Positions 36,679-51,072 of a DNA stretch of 64,000 nucleotides are shown piece after piece. Position 1 is the first letter of the stretch; every line of letters begins with the position of its first letter. The notes under the pieces were generated by a model that saw only the letters and a list, made by a program, of their open reading frames with translations, was not told the origin of the DNA and made no database searches. This stretch comes from Octopus vulgaris (Eukaryota). The stretch lies in the NCBI GenBank assembly GCA_951406725.2, contig OX597814.1, forward strand, positions 35,154,001 to 35,218,000. Reading direction: 5' to 3'. The position numbers were made by a program, and so were the translations under genes.

Positions 36679-36812
36679 AGTTCGGCAAAAGAGACCGATA
36701 GAATAATTACTAGGCTTACAAAGAGTAAATCTTGGTATCGATTTCCTCTTAAGGTGGTTCTCCAGCATGGTAGCAGTCAAATGACTTAAACAAATGAAAT
36801 TAAAAGAATAAC
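36679..36812 (+). mobile_element. 3' half of SINE family C
   Basis: ttcggcaaaagagaccgatagaataa...ctccagcatgg..gcagtcaaatgact matches 56640-56770. Confidence 0.8.
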
Positions 36813-37536
36813 AAATTATAAATAGAGAGAAAGAGAGGGATAGAGAAAGAGTAGGAGAAAAGAGAGAGAGAGAGGAGGGGAGAAAGAGAAAAATGAAATT
36901 ACTGTACAACGTAATAATCACGGAACCCCGTAGGAGATGTCGCGTATATATGTCGGCCAAGTTGCTGACAAGACAGGAACAAAACTGTTTTACTTTTTTG
37001 TACACTGTTCCATGAAAACAATTCAATAAAGCACAGTAGACCATAAGACAATTAATATTATTTCGCGTTCTGAAACATTGAGCATAGGATAGACCACTCT
37101 TATCTCCCTGGATATGATACTGGTGTATAAAAGTTTTTTTTTGTTTGTTTGTTTTTCAGCACAGAGGAACCTATTCACTTAATATCAAATGGCTAATAAA
37201 AACAGGGGCAAGAAGAATGAAATATCTTGTGTGTAGATTCACCATAATGCTTGCAGAGATCTGTTCAATCCCATTTGAATTAATTACAATTTATCATCAT
37301 CACTTTCTCTAACAATGTAATTTTCCGAACTAAAAAAAAAAAATCTAGAAAATGAACGAAGAAATATAAGAACAATCTGTTTGCGTTGAAAATGTATCAG
37401 ATTTCCGTACGTTTCGAGCTTGTGACTTTTAGCTGGCGACTGCCAAGAATAACATGAATGATTAACGAAAGAAGTATCACATTCGTACATAAAAATATAT
37501 TACTTCACAGATCAATTATCTTGTTTGTTTTCTTTC

Positions 37537-37576
<40 letters not shown>

Positions 37577-38474
37577 GTGTATAAATCCGCCAGCGAGTAC
37601 GTTTGCATTTTTCGTGTTATTAGGGTTTTTTTTGCAGTTTAATGAATGTGTGTGTATGTGTAAATTTGTGTGTGGCTATATTTGATACATGTGTGAGTAG
37701 AGAATGGATACATTGATAGCAAGATAAACTGAATTACATATATTGATATATGTATGTATATATAAATATATGTACATAAATATATATACACATATATCTC
37801 TCTCTACCTCCTCCTCCTCTCTCTTTCTCTATATATATATTTACACACACACATACGCACACACACATATGGGTGTGTGTAGGACAGAACAAGGAAGAAT
37901 ATGAGGTAAAAGATACATAAATATAAATAAATATGTAGGTAAATATCTGAAATACGAGGTAGAAAAAGCATTAAACGAAGCAATAAGAAAGTACGAATGT
38001 GTACAATGAAAAATTCTCCAACATAAAGAATAGAAGATGATCTACTGGTGCATGTTATTCCTTATGTCAAAGAGAATTTAACGCAGGAAGAGCCGTAAGA
38101 GGAAAAAGACGGAAATGACACTGAATGTGTGACGTCTTTTTATTCTGCAGGCTTAGTGCGGATAGGAAATTGCAGAGTGGGATAATGAGATCAGACGTGA
38201 AGACACAAATCAGATCATTGAGAGAGTAAATAGGGAGAGAGAAAAATTAAGATAAGCGAGAAAGTGAGCGAGAGTATTTACAAGGACAAAAGGGAGAGGA
38301 AATGAGACTGCATGTGTGTGTATAGTATAAAAATTATAAATAACACGAAGACGAGGTAAAATGTAACTAGCAGATTGTGTTAGGTTCACTTTCAGGAAGA
38401 TTGACTAGAAAAGAAAAATAATGAATGAAAAATAGGAACTTTTCTTAATCTATACATACATAGACACACACATA

Positions 38475-38507
<33 letters not shown>

Positions 38508-39899
38508 AAATGTTTGTAATTATGTTTGAACGTATGTGTGTATGGTCAACGAAGACTTCTGTATAGGAGAGAATATGGTCAAAACAAATGGAGTACCTGA
38601 ACAATTGTTGAATGTAAGAAGGAGTTGCTTTGACGCTAAAGAAGGGGAGCACAAGGGAGCACTAGGAAGTGAAGAGGTTCCGAAAAACACTCCAAAGCAT
38701 TTAACTGTTATACAAATTGCTTGCTGAAATATAATTATGAGGGTGAGAGAGCCTGAAACTTAACTTAATCGTGAAGATAATTGACTCTCTCATTAGCGCA
38801 TCTTCTTATAGAATAGGAATACATAACTTCATTACTCTGGAAAAAAATATAAAACAAAAAAAAAAGTGAAAAATTATCAGCAGCCGTGGAGGCACTATTT
38901 AATAGCTCAACTTACTTGAATTTAATGACACAGTCTTAAAGAAACGAGAGATGATCGGACAATATAGACTCTTCTATATACCAAAAATTGGGATGGGTAC
39001 TAATGAAGGAGTTTTAGTTATACATCATGGTTATAAAAGCTGAAGTTGGGAAAAGTTACAATTTTAAGAACAATGGTTTATGACCTAATCTAGATTGGAC
39101 ACCAATTCCAATGAAATGAATGAAATGGGAAAATATGGAACCATATAAGGTACATAAAGAATGATGAGTTGTCCATTGCAGATAATAAACAACTGAAATT
39201 TTCCAGAGCAAAAAGCATTAACTAAATGCATGTATGTGTATATATTTGTATGTTAAAATTACAAAAGAGTCATATATGAAAATTGCAGAAAGTGAAACAA
39301 CGGTCTGAGAATAGCATAGACTATATCTATCAGAAAGTTTTTGACAAGGATATCCTCAAGTGCATTGTTGAAGTAGCTTTGAGCGAGCCAACACCGATAA
39401 TTTTGAAATGTCTGAGACACGTACTACATTAATCATAAATAATTTTGTACATACAAACAAAATTAGGAAACTCATTTCCATTAGAAGACATTATATTCAT
39501 TCCTCACTCTCTGACGCTAATACTTTTAATTATAACTCTAAACGAGACGGTATGACACGAATAACAACGAACGTCTTCTATACAATGATAACCTTCAATT
39601 TTACACTTTTACGACAAAAGCAGGACATAATGTCATATACAAACTCAGAAGAAAACTTTACATGAAAATTGATTTAGCAAGATTACCAAGCCAAACCCAA
39701 AAAAGATTTAAATTCATAAATGTCTCTTATATCGTGTTAAATTCAATAAAGAACACGATAAGAGAATTATGCCAAGTACAGACACACAAACACGAATTAA
39801 TATACACAATGCACACATACACACAAACAGACACACACAAACATACGCACACAACTGAAAGAATAGTTTTGGGAGGAACGTTATGGAAGTATTACTTTA

Positions 39900-41130
39900 A
39901 TACTAAAAGCAGAGCTAAGATCCCCAATATATATCAATGTTCTAAGTGTTCTAGCTATAGTTAAAATATTCTCACTAGCAAGCTAATTAAATTAGAAAGA
40001 CTACATAAGAAAGCAAGAAAATGTTTCACTGGATTTTGAATTCACCAACTAGGACCATAGCAGAAAGGTTATAATTATTATGAAAGGAATGAGGAGTGGA
40101 TTGTCTGTAAAGAGAGTCTTATGAGTCATATAATGTAGAATTAAAATTATATCTAGCACAGAAAAAAGGATACATCATTACAAATACCCACAAAACATGA
40201 ACAAATTCAAATCAAAACCTGTTTTCTGTCTTCAAGGAAGTCAACAAATGTAAATGTGAGTTTAAGATATCAGATAGATGTGAGAAGGATATGTACACAA
40301 CAGGAATTGTTAAAAAGTAATAAGAAACTTAAGAATTGGGTTTTAAAATGCCATGCTAAGAGGTTAGGTAGCAAAGACACCGCATGGCCAGTTACTGACA
40401 GGATTGCGGGAAACAGAAAAGAAATTATCAGTGACTGGGAAGCACTGGAGTCACAAAGACCAAGAAATTTACAAATCATTTTCAAACAATAACAGAAGAT
40501 GCCAAAACAAATAACGTATCTGAATAGAAAAATGAAATAAACATGTACTGTTTCTAGCAGTCCAGTCTTTCTCAAGAGAATATATGTATCCAGACATGCC
40601 AGAGATTAAGGTTATAGAAATTGGAAATTGTGCCAGCTTTATGCAATACCAAACCAATACCAAAACAACAGATTTCAAATATTGACAAAAGTAATTAAAA
40701 TCAGAGAAATACCAATTAAAGAATGGAGATTAAGGAGATAAAAGATCGTCAGGAAAATTGTCTCTTAATGTATCAATTCCAACAGTTAACGGTGTATTTA
40801 TAAAACAAATACAAAAACTATAAAAATAGAAAGGTCTGTTAATAGAGAGAATTAGAATGTGAGGATTTAAGGCACAAATAATCTCCATAATAATAGGTGC
40901 TTTCAAAATGACAAGCTGCATATAAATGCATAGACGTAGCCTTTTGGCTGACAGACATAACAGCATACAAAGAATAGTAATAATACCCTCAATGCAATAG
41001 AAAAATCACAAAACCAAACAAAACACTGCATGCATTCACCTAAGCACACGGTGCTGCACTCAATTGAGCATTGAAAACGCAATTGATATAAAAGTTTAAG
41101 AAACCAGTGGGCATCTCCAGTTATTCATAT
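39900..41130 (+). mobile_element. Very degenerate R4/Dong 3' region (RLE endonuclease domain)
   Basis: VSIP..GVFIKQIQKL*K*KGLLIERIRM*GFKAQIISIIIGA at about 40760-40900 resembles the R4 restriction-like endonuclease end; boundaries approximate. Confidence 0.55.
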
Positions 41131-41617
41131 GGCTGTGTGTAAAATCTTTTGTTTACAATATGTAAGTAGCAAATGTTCAGGAGACTAATAATAAGGGAGC
41201 ACAATCTTTATAGGATTTGGATGAACAAAAATCAGTAAAAAAAAAGGTTGTTTTCAAATAAAAAATATTGTATATGCAACATTTCTACAAGGTACAACGT
41301 TTCTCTACTAGATCCGCGGCCAAGATTGTAGGGCTATTTTACAGAAATTTCATGTCCGCTTTCCACCATCCTCCATCACAGGTATTCTCCATAGTCATGG
41401 GCGACTGAGGGATGCCACCTATGAAATGCAGTATCTTGTCTTTACACGAATGTCTAGATCACGATAGTGCACAATAGTCGGCATGCAACTAATTCATAAA
41501 ATGTTTGTAGTTAAACGAGTTAAAGCGTAATATATATGGAGAGGTATCAAAAATAAATGCTTAATACTAATTTCAATATTTTTATGTATAGATTGTGCTG
41601 CGTTCAGATACACTCAC

Positions 41618-41701
<84 letters not shown>

Positions 41702-42690
41702 AGATACACACACACACACACATACACATTATAGATGAAAATAAATAAAATTATTTCTTAATTTATTCCTATTATGTGATCACTATTTATTCCTTCTTTC
41801 CACGAAATACTACATTCTGGTATCTTCTCCCTCTTCATGTCTCCTCTATCAATAGTGACATGTAAAATTTCTAGAGGAACATTAAGGCCATCAAATTCCC
41901 ATGATGATATTAGATGTGAATGATTGTATATAAAAAACTATTTTCACTAACTATATTTAAGCACCTACTGGTGACATTAGATAAGGGTGCCATACATAAA
42001 GCAGGTTCTCAGACTAAATATTCGCCAAAAATATTGAAATATTTTTAGGGCATTAGAAATAGATATTACTAAGCACTGTGCAAAATTTGATTTGAAAACG
42101 TTGCTCGAATTTGCGAGCTATCGTAGGAAGAACTGCTTTAAGACATAGTTGCCTAACATTCCATAATAAATGAGGATGTGTAGATAGCATAAAGCCTATT
42201 TGCAGATTGACTCAGTTGACTGGCTATCAATTATCGTCAGCTGTGCACTAATTGCCGTTGAACAGTACGAGCATAACATGTGCAGTCCGGAATCTTTCTG
42301 ATAATGTCATATATAATCAGCAACGGCCGAATCAATTGGGTACTGGACAACAGGCCATAAATTAAATCAGCTATATTTATTCTCATTGTAGAACTGTCTT
42401 GTATCTGCTTTCAAATAGTCCTGTTCAATTTGATTTCATGAACCATGTGCTGGAAGTTGGCACATAATGCACGACATATCTAATTGTCAAAACTCTTAGT
42501 TGTTAATTTCTTATGTAGGAAATTTCCATACATATATGTTTAACAAGCACTCTTATGTATAAACAAATATACAATATTTACATATACACACATGTGTAAC
42601 AAGTCCTTGCTGCGTAATGAGTTCTTGAAGCAGCATGACGAAATTCTGAAATGTTTTGGGGATGATTAACAAAATTCTGATACTGAATTT

Positions 42691-42904
42691 CTTACTCTTT
42701 TACTTGTTTCAGTCATTTGACTGCGGCCATGCTGGAGCACCGCCTTTAGTCGAGCAAATCGACCCCGGGACTTATTCTTTGTAAGCCCAGTACTTATTCT
42801 ATCGGTCTCTTTTGCCGAACCACTAAGTGACGGGGACGTAAAGACACCAGCATCGGTTGTCAAGCAATGCTAGGGGGACAAACGGAGACACACAAACATA
42901 TACA

Positions 42905-42982
<78 letters not shown>

Positions 42983-43147
42983 TACGACAGGCTTCTTTCA
43001 GTTTCCGTCTACCAAATCCACTCACAAGGCATTGGTCGGCCCGAGCTATAGCAGAAGACACTTGCCCAAGATGCCAGGCAGTGAGACTGAACCCGGAACC
43101 CTGTGGTTGGTAAGCAAGCTACTTACCAAACAGCCACTCCTGCGCCT
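42691..43147 (-). mobile_element. Full-length SINE family C with internal (TA)/(CA) microsatellite
   Basis: Reverse complement of aggcgcaggagtggctgt.tggtaagtagcttgcttacc...cttgggcaagtgtcttc...gactgaaacaagtaaaagag. Confidence 0.9.
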
Positions 43148-43455
43148 AATAATAATTAATAATAATAATAATAATAATGACGAACTCTCTCGTCGAAGAT
43201 GATGTATGAGCGTTCACCTTTTGCCGAACGACTTACACAAATGATTTGTTTATAGTGATCAAATGTATTAGCTCACTTCCTCCATCAAATCGGCGTTGTC
43301 TGAAAAGGTGCACAGTGTGAGACACCTCAAGTGTCGAAGTGATCTCAGAACAACGTGAGATAGTAAGTGTTTTGCTCAAAAACACAACCCACCACACAAT
43401 CTAAGAATTGAAACCACAATCGCTAGATCGTGTGTGCAATACCTTAACTACTAGT

Positions 43456-43456
<1 letters not shown>

Positions 43457-43540
<84 letters not shown>

Positions 43541-43582
43541 TAATAATAATAATAATAATAGTAATAATAATAATGATAATAA
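43457..43582. repeat. (TAA)n microsatellite
   Basis: Directly visible. Confidence 0.97.
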
Positions 43583-44094
43583 ATACTATGAAGTAGTTGA
43601 TCTATGATTTACACATACTACTATGCACCTCCTACCAAAAATATACACTACCCAACAATATGAAAAAAACTCACATGTGCCGTAGAAGGCCGATGCCTGA
43701 CAGAAGAACACAACCTGCGCTACACAAACAACACAATACAAAAGCTAATACAACATAAGACTCAAACTAAACCCATATCAAACAAAAGGATTCACTACAA
43801 TATCCTCTCCACACAAAAATGCAGCACTGGCCACCTCACTAGCACTACGGTGCAACAAATAATGCAATAGAAAGTTTCTTGAAACTTTCAGATATCGAAA
43901 AGTATCTGTGGTGATGACAATGCTGACGAAAATTACCTTACCTCAGTTTATGAGAGACAGGAGTTTCCGAGGAAACTCTGGTGTAACAGCAAAACTGAAG
44001 CTGGACCATTAAGGGAAGGCCTCATGCTCGGCAGTGGTTCAGTAAAGATGCAGACTGACCACAGTTGTTATTCTAATACAGCATCATCAGATAA

Positions 44095-44610
44095 TAGAGC
44101 AAGGAGGAGAGAGTGGACCAGTGAAGAAAACAGGATAGTGATTTAGTGCTACTTAGGAAGTGAACCTAAAAGAAGGTGATATGGAAAACAGATGTTAACA
44201 CTTTGGGTAGAGAATGATATGTTTAAAGTGACGGAGCAGAGATTAGCTGATCAAGCTTGTGATATTAGTAGAAGAAAGTGGATGATAGAAACGGAGGTAG
44301 AAGAGATCACAAGAGAACTAGAAAAGAAGGACCAAGCTGTAGTAAAGAAAAACAATAACATAAAAGATACAGTTCAAATTAAAGAAGAATCTAAAGGAAA
44401 AAAATAATAATAGCGCTACCAATAAGGAAGGGGCAACTGGCACCAGCGACTTAAATGATTTTAGATGAGTTGCAGGCAGTAATGAGTAAAGAAGAAAGAA
44501 AAAGAGTACCAGCATTAAAATATACCAACAGATGGAAGCTGCTGTATATCACAAGGAAGTAAATTCTGCTATTGGTAGGATAGATACTAAAAATATAGAA
44601 TACTTATTTA
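44095..44610 (+). mobile_element. R4/Dong N-terminal ORF fragment
   Basis: RRREWTSEENRIVI*CYLGSEP..Y.KQML.LW..MFKVTEQRLADQ...W...EVEEI is typical of the R4/Dong N-terminus. Confidence 0.7.
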
Positions 44611-44831
44611 CTGTTATATGCAGGAAAGTTAGTAGTCACCAGAAGGTTAGATATCTCACAGGTAGGGTTTTGAGATTTGGAGGTTCAATATCTCCCACGA
44701 TAATTAACAAACTAGTATCAAAACTTATGATGTGCGGAAACAGACCATGTGAGAATTCTGACACCAGGCTGTTGTTTGCTCTCACAGAATCTACCACAGA
44801 AGAAGAAAAAGACATATGAGGAAGGGGAGGA

Positions 44832-44872
44832 GAGAAGAAGAAGAAGAAGAAGAAGAAGAATAAGAATAAGAA

Positions 44873-44903
<31 letters not shown>

Positions 44904-44920
44904 AAGAAGAAGAAGAAGAA
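44832..44920. repeat. (GAA)n microsatellite
   Basis: Directly visible. Confidence 0.97.
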
Positions 44921-46310
44921 ACCCTCTGTTTCTCACATTATTAAGAAAAACCAATACTACAGGCTCACTGATTTCATTTCCCTCGTCTAATACTTAAGTA
45001 CATTTACATCTCTGTCACATCTTTGAAATGTGATTTGTGCAAACTAAATTCTTAATATCTTGTACTCTGCCGTCAGATATGTCATATTTCCGAACATTTG
45101 GAAGATAATTATGTAAATACAGACGAGTATAACTGTTTTATCACACAGTAAAACAGTTTTAAACAGTTGTAGCCTAACTTTTTTTACAGTAAGGACCGTT
45201 TCCATGCTGAGTTTAGAATACTTCAATGTGACTACAATGAACCTTATGAATATCACGTTCACGTAATCGCTGAAAATCACTAAATCCAGATAATTCTTAA
45301 AGTTCACTACGTGATACACATGAAATATTTCATAAGGATTTACAAATTTGACTTAAAAAATAAAGTGAAAAGGGAGTGTGCTGATAATAGCGGCTGGTTT
45401 GAAGATTGATATGCTTTAGATTGAAAGCAGTGAATCTGTGGGTATCTATATTGCGAGGCCAATGAGCAGTAATTTAGATTCTGAAGTTATATTTTCCAAT
45501 ACGATTCTCTAATAAAAACCTCAATTAACAGGCCACTTTCAAAGTTTCTCCTGCCACAATTTCGTCTAATTCAGAAATTTTGTTCAAACGTCTTTACATT
45601 TCTCTGAATATTTATGCTGTTTACTGCTTCTTATGAACTGATAAAGCAGCAGAAACTATAAATTGAGATAAATCAGTATACAGCTACACGGTCAAAACCT
45701 GATACTGACCAATTACCGTCTTGCAGAGAAAGATATGAAACAACTATTCAAAGTAAACACTACATGTTTTCTTTGTATTATCACAGGGATAAAATATACT
45801 CTCGCTCCCTTAAACACTTCTTTATAAAGCAGCTGATCTTTGCTATTGATTGGAGAAGGAATCTGTGTCTGTCATATCTGACGAATAGTTACCAGAGCAT
45901 GAAACAGTCCGTCAGGATGCTCTCTCATTTCCTTTCACATCAGTCGCATACAAAGAATGTTTCTACATTCTTATTTCACTAACAGTAAGATTATCAATAT
46001 ATGCATAACTACACGCATACATACACACATATACATACACACATACACACATTCATACATACACACAAATATATATATGCATACATACATACACATCCCA
46101 CACAAATCTCACTCACATATGTATGCATGTTTGTATGTGCATATGTATTTATGTAAGTATGTGCGTATGTATATGTATATTTATGAATACTCTGAAAACG
46201 CAAAGCAAAATATCTATAGATGTGTATAAATGTAAATAAAATGTACCAAATGCACAATTTCGCGAATCGGCGGTTTTGCAAGTGTAGAAGTTTTCTGAGT
46301 ATGATAAATA

Positions 46311-46561
46311 TTGGGTTGGTGCATAATTATTGCGGTTTTTTTCAACAAATTTTATTCAACAAAAACAATAACAACATTCAACAAAAACATCTTTAAATGA
46401 CGGTCTGAATGTCTGCCAAGCAAATGGGAAGCAATAATTGAAGTAGATGGTCTATATATGCTGCGGAATAATAATTTAAAGATGTTTTTGTTACATGTTG
46501 TTATTGTTTTTGTAGAATAAAAATTGCTAAAAAAAGCCGCAATAATTATGCACCAATCGAA
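46311..46561. mobile_element. Mariner-derived MITE with about 90-bp inverted arms and TA TSD
   Basis: TA|ttgggttggtgcataattattgcgg...ccgcaataattatgcaccaatcgaa|TA; ends resemble Hsmar1/MADE1-type TIRs. Confidence 0.88.
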
Positions 46562-46900
46562 TATAATAATGGTTATCTTCTTGTTGACATAAACAACAAC
46601 TATTATATATTTGCAATTTTTGAAAAACTCTAATAGATTCTAAAGAAACTTAAAATGAAACTATAGCCAGTTTTCTCCTTATTCAGTCAGAATGTGCATG
46701 CATGCGTACTTTTACATGTATATATAGATTTAAACACACATACACACACATACACACAAAACTTAATAGATGATATTTTTCTTGTGCATGGAATATGCAT
46801 TAACATGTATCCTCTTACATACATTCGTACATACATATATACATAACCACATTAATATATATTATATATATATATAAACATACATACATACATACATACA

Positions 46901-46931
<31 letters not shown>

Positions 46932-47586
46932 CATACGTTACTCATATGATGTCAACATGGAAAATTATTCTTAGAGTGGAGCGTTTTGTGATCCAGAGTG
47001 CATGTAAAATGGAAGCAAAAATTTACGTGGAAAGAAAACTACTTGTTTCTTTCATTGCCCAACAATTTTACTCTACATTTAAGTCGATATTTGTATGGTC
47101 CTTTGAGATCATGCCGTGGCATCCATGTCTAAATCCCATCTTTCTTTACTAGCTTTCTATCGATTTTTTCTGTCTTATTCTGCTACACACTCTTTCTGTC
47201 ATATTTTCTCTCAAAATGCATCTATATGCACTGTGCTACATTAATCGTATATTTATATACATAAAGTGAATACTTTATTATACGAACACAGATACAAAGA
47301 CACACGAACCTCACGTCCATACAAATACTCACACATGTTTGTATGCATGCATGTGTGTGTGTGTGTGCCTGCACGTGTTTACATTCAAAAATATATATGA
47401 ATACAGACATTCATCTGTATATCATTTTAAAGAGAAATAGTTAATGTGTATTTCTGACAAAGAAGAGGAAGGTAGAGAGAGAAAGAGAGGGAGAGAGAGG
47501 GAAGACAATAGGATGTATAGGGAAGAAGAAAATTTTTCCGAAGTAGATAAACTATCGAGAAACATATATATATATATATATGTATG

Positions 47587-47618
<32 letters not shown>

Positions 47619-47989
47619 CATACATACATACATACATACATACATACATACATACATACATACATACATGCATACATACATACATACATACATACATACA
47701 TACATACATACATGCATACATACATACATACATACATACAGACAGACACTCATAACTCATATAAAAATATACACAGATGTATCCGGTAAATTTCCACACA
47801 TACTTATTTTGTTCACTCTATACAGAGAGAAAAATATGAAAATGGCAAGAAGCAGGAAAACTAAAAATTTGGTGAAATAAAATTGGATGGTTAGACTGAG
47901 GAACAAAATAAACTCTAAAATATCTGTGGGAAAAATGGAATTCCGAAATTATTGCCTTCTTATTATCTTGTATGTTATTTTATTATTAC

Positions 47990-47990
47990 G

Positions 47991-48074
<84 letters not shown>

Positions 48075-48115
48075 CCTATCTATCTATCTATCTATTTATC
48101 TACCTACCTACCTAC

Positions 48116-48150
<35 letters not shown>

Positions 48151-48151
48151 C

Positions 48152-48187
<36 letters not shown>

Positions 48188-48354
48188 ATATCTATCTATC
48201 TATCTGTCTGTCTATCTATCTGTCTGCCTGTCTGTCAGTCTGTCTGTCAGTCTGTCTGTCAGTCTGTCTGTTGTCTGTCTATCTATATATCTATCTATCT
48301 ATTTACCTACCTACCTACCTACCTACCTACCTACCTACCTACCTACCTACCTAC

Positions 48355-48417
<63 letters not shown>

Positions 48418-48418
48418 C
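47990..48418. repeat. Compound (TCTA)n/(CCTA)n/(TCTG)n microsatellite
   Basis: Directly visible. Confidence 0.97.
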
Positions 48419-50053
48419 TAATCCCTATTGTAAGTGTCCGTGGAAGTATATACATTCATATATACAAACTAGCATACACATATGTAACTGAATAATGTAT
48501 GATTCACTACACACGGATATACACTCTCATACACATTCATGCACATTCACGCAGCTATATAGATAAGTGGAAGCAACTGAATAACTGGTGATTCGTAAGA
48601 CATACATGTGTATGTGAATGTACGTTTGTGCATGTATGCATATTTACACGCACTAATCTTCGTATCTTTTTATCTATCTATTTACCTATCTGTATTTTCC
48701 TATTAACTCCTCGTATTTACTGATTTCGACAAGCTATTTTCTTTTTTATTTATGTTCCTTTTTGAAAACATTCTTAAAGGTTGCAAAGCATATCCTCTAT
48801 TTATGATTTTTATATCTTCATTCCTTCGTCGAAATCCTTCCATTCAATATGGATAGAGGTTATTTATTGCTCATTGTTTTTCTGGTATTTTTTTTAGCAA
48901 AATTTCTTTCGTATAATAAAATTTTAATAAAAAAAATGAAAGCAGATACGAAAATTTAAGGAAAATATATACTTTCACTGCATTTAATTGTATATTTTTA
49001 TTTATTTTTTTCACAAAATAGAGTTTTAAAAGTTAGTAATTGCTTAAAGTTTTGCTTGAAATCTTTCACTTTTTAATGTTATAGTGAATTTGTGATACAT
49101 TTGTAACCTTTTACAAATAAATAATAACCTTGTTAACAATAATAATGGTTTTGTTGCATTAGCTCGAAGTCATATATTTTGCAAAGAAAGAATCATTGGC
49201 AAACATATAGAAGATCGACTGAGTTCTGGTAGTTTATTTTCATCAAAGCAATAAACACGACACGCGTCAGGATGTTTCGCAACCCAGGCTTGTCGAACAA
49301 TGTGCACATATTTGCCTCTTCTTATTGCTGCTTTACTAAGAAAATCCCTTCTCCAAGCTCTATAATCTGCAATCGCTTCTCCAAACCTTACAATATACAG
49401 TGACCTCTTAAATTAGAATTCTAGATGTTTTTTCCTAATATACAGCAATAATGATGAAAAATAAATTCGACTTCTATGAGGTGTGAGCAGAAAGAGTAAA
49501 TATCTGTACCTAAGTATTATAATCCTTTTCTTCATACTTGTCCCAACGTAGTCATTCGACAACAGATTTCTCTTATTGACACAAGGACAAAAGACTGGAG
49601 AGAAGGAGTATACATGACTGAAGTGAATCTTACATATTATTTTACTAACTCAATGTAGATGAAAGCTAAAGTTGTACCTGATGATATTTGAAATTAAAAC
49701 AGAGTCATGAAATTGCAAAAATACAAACATTAGGCATTATAAGAGCAATAATTAAAGAACAAATTCCTGAACCATCATGCGAATGACTGGACTAAGCTAC
49801 CAGCCCACTTTTATAGCGAGAAGAAATTGGGAATCGTTCCTTCAAGAATGTATACATACTTATCTTTAAGTATGCATGAGATTTGATAAGTCCGTTTGCT
49901 GTGGAGAGAAATGGAATCAGTCCGACATTTCACAGTTGATCATTTGAGAAAAAAACTCATTTATTCAATATATTTCATGAGGCGCCCCAGCATGCCGCAG
50001 TGTAATGAACGAAACAATTAAAAGCTATGTGTGTGTATGTATTTCTCTCTCCC

Positions 50054-50132
<79 letters not shown>

Positions 50133-50135
<3 letters not shown>

Positions 50136-50440
50136 GGCGCAATGGCCCAGTGGTTAGGCAACGGACTCGCGGTTGTAGGATCGCGGTTTCGATTCCCAGA
50201 CCGGGCGTTGCGAGTGTTTATTAAGCGAAAACACTTAAAGCTCCACGAGGTTCCGGCAGGGGTGGTGGTGATCCCTGCTGTTCTCTTTCACTACAACTTT
50301 CTATCACTCTTTCTTCTATTGGCCTGCTCGCTTCGCCAGCGTGGTGGTGTCATTTGAAGGCTAAAACAATGCGAAGCGCATTGTGACCAGCGATATGTAA
50401 CAACATCTGATAGCCTGGTACGTCACGAAGGTCACGGTGA
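50133..50440 (+). mobile_element. tRNA-derived SINE family D, inserted in (TA)n
   Basis: A-box tggcccagtggttagg, B-box ggtttcgattccc; TA repeats on both sides. Confidence 0.8.
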
Positions 50441-50837
50441 TATATACATATATATATAAACACCTACACCATTATTCGTTTTATCAAGTAAACGTAGCTA
50501 CATCATTTTTAGAATAAAATAACCAGTTGGTTAATTCTCCACGATGTTAAATCTTTCTATCTCTATAATTTAATTGTTTCTCTATTAAAACTAAGCGTAT
50601 TGCCTTCCTGCAAAATATAAATATTTCGGAGAAGGCTGACTAACACGAACTACTCATATCAAAACCATAACTGTAGGATAGATTTAAACTCACTCATCAA
50701 TATCATACCATGAAACTCCCACGACTTTCCATTATCAAGGTTATTGTGATGTATTCCATTACATTATTGAGTGGTGTCAACTTGTAGCAATTTACAGCTA
50801 AGTCGATTCGGCCAATTATAATTAAGTGTCAAATACT

Positions 50838-51072
50838 ATGCGCGGAGTCTCGTTCAATACTGATGCAGAATTGAGAGCTTGGTTGGATCAATTTTTCGAA
50901 TCGAAATCGGGTGATTTCTACCAATGAGGTATTGAAAATCTTCTTTAACTTTGGGAAGAAGTTGTAAACAATAAATTGAATACATTATTAATTTATTAGT
51001 TGTTATTTTTTATTAAACCTTTTAAAAACTTTGAATAAAAAAAAACGGCAGGAACATAGTTGCAAACCTAAT
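50838..51072 (+). mobile_element. Mariner 3' fragment with right TIR
   Basis: RGVSFNTDAELRAWLDQFFESKSGDFYQ*GIENL..WEEVVN; ends cggcaggaacatagttgcaaacctaaTA. Confidence 0.8.

Noticed and set aside
43820-43940. HDV-like ribozyme upstream of the Dong N-terminal fragment
   Set aside because: Small hairpins exist but I could not assemble the nested double pseudoknot
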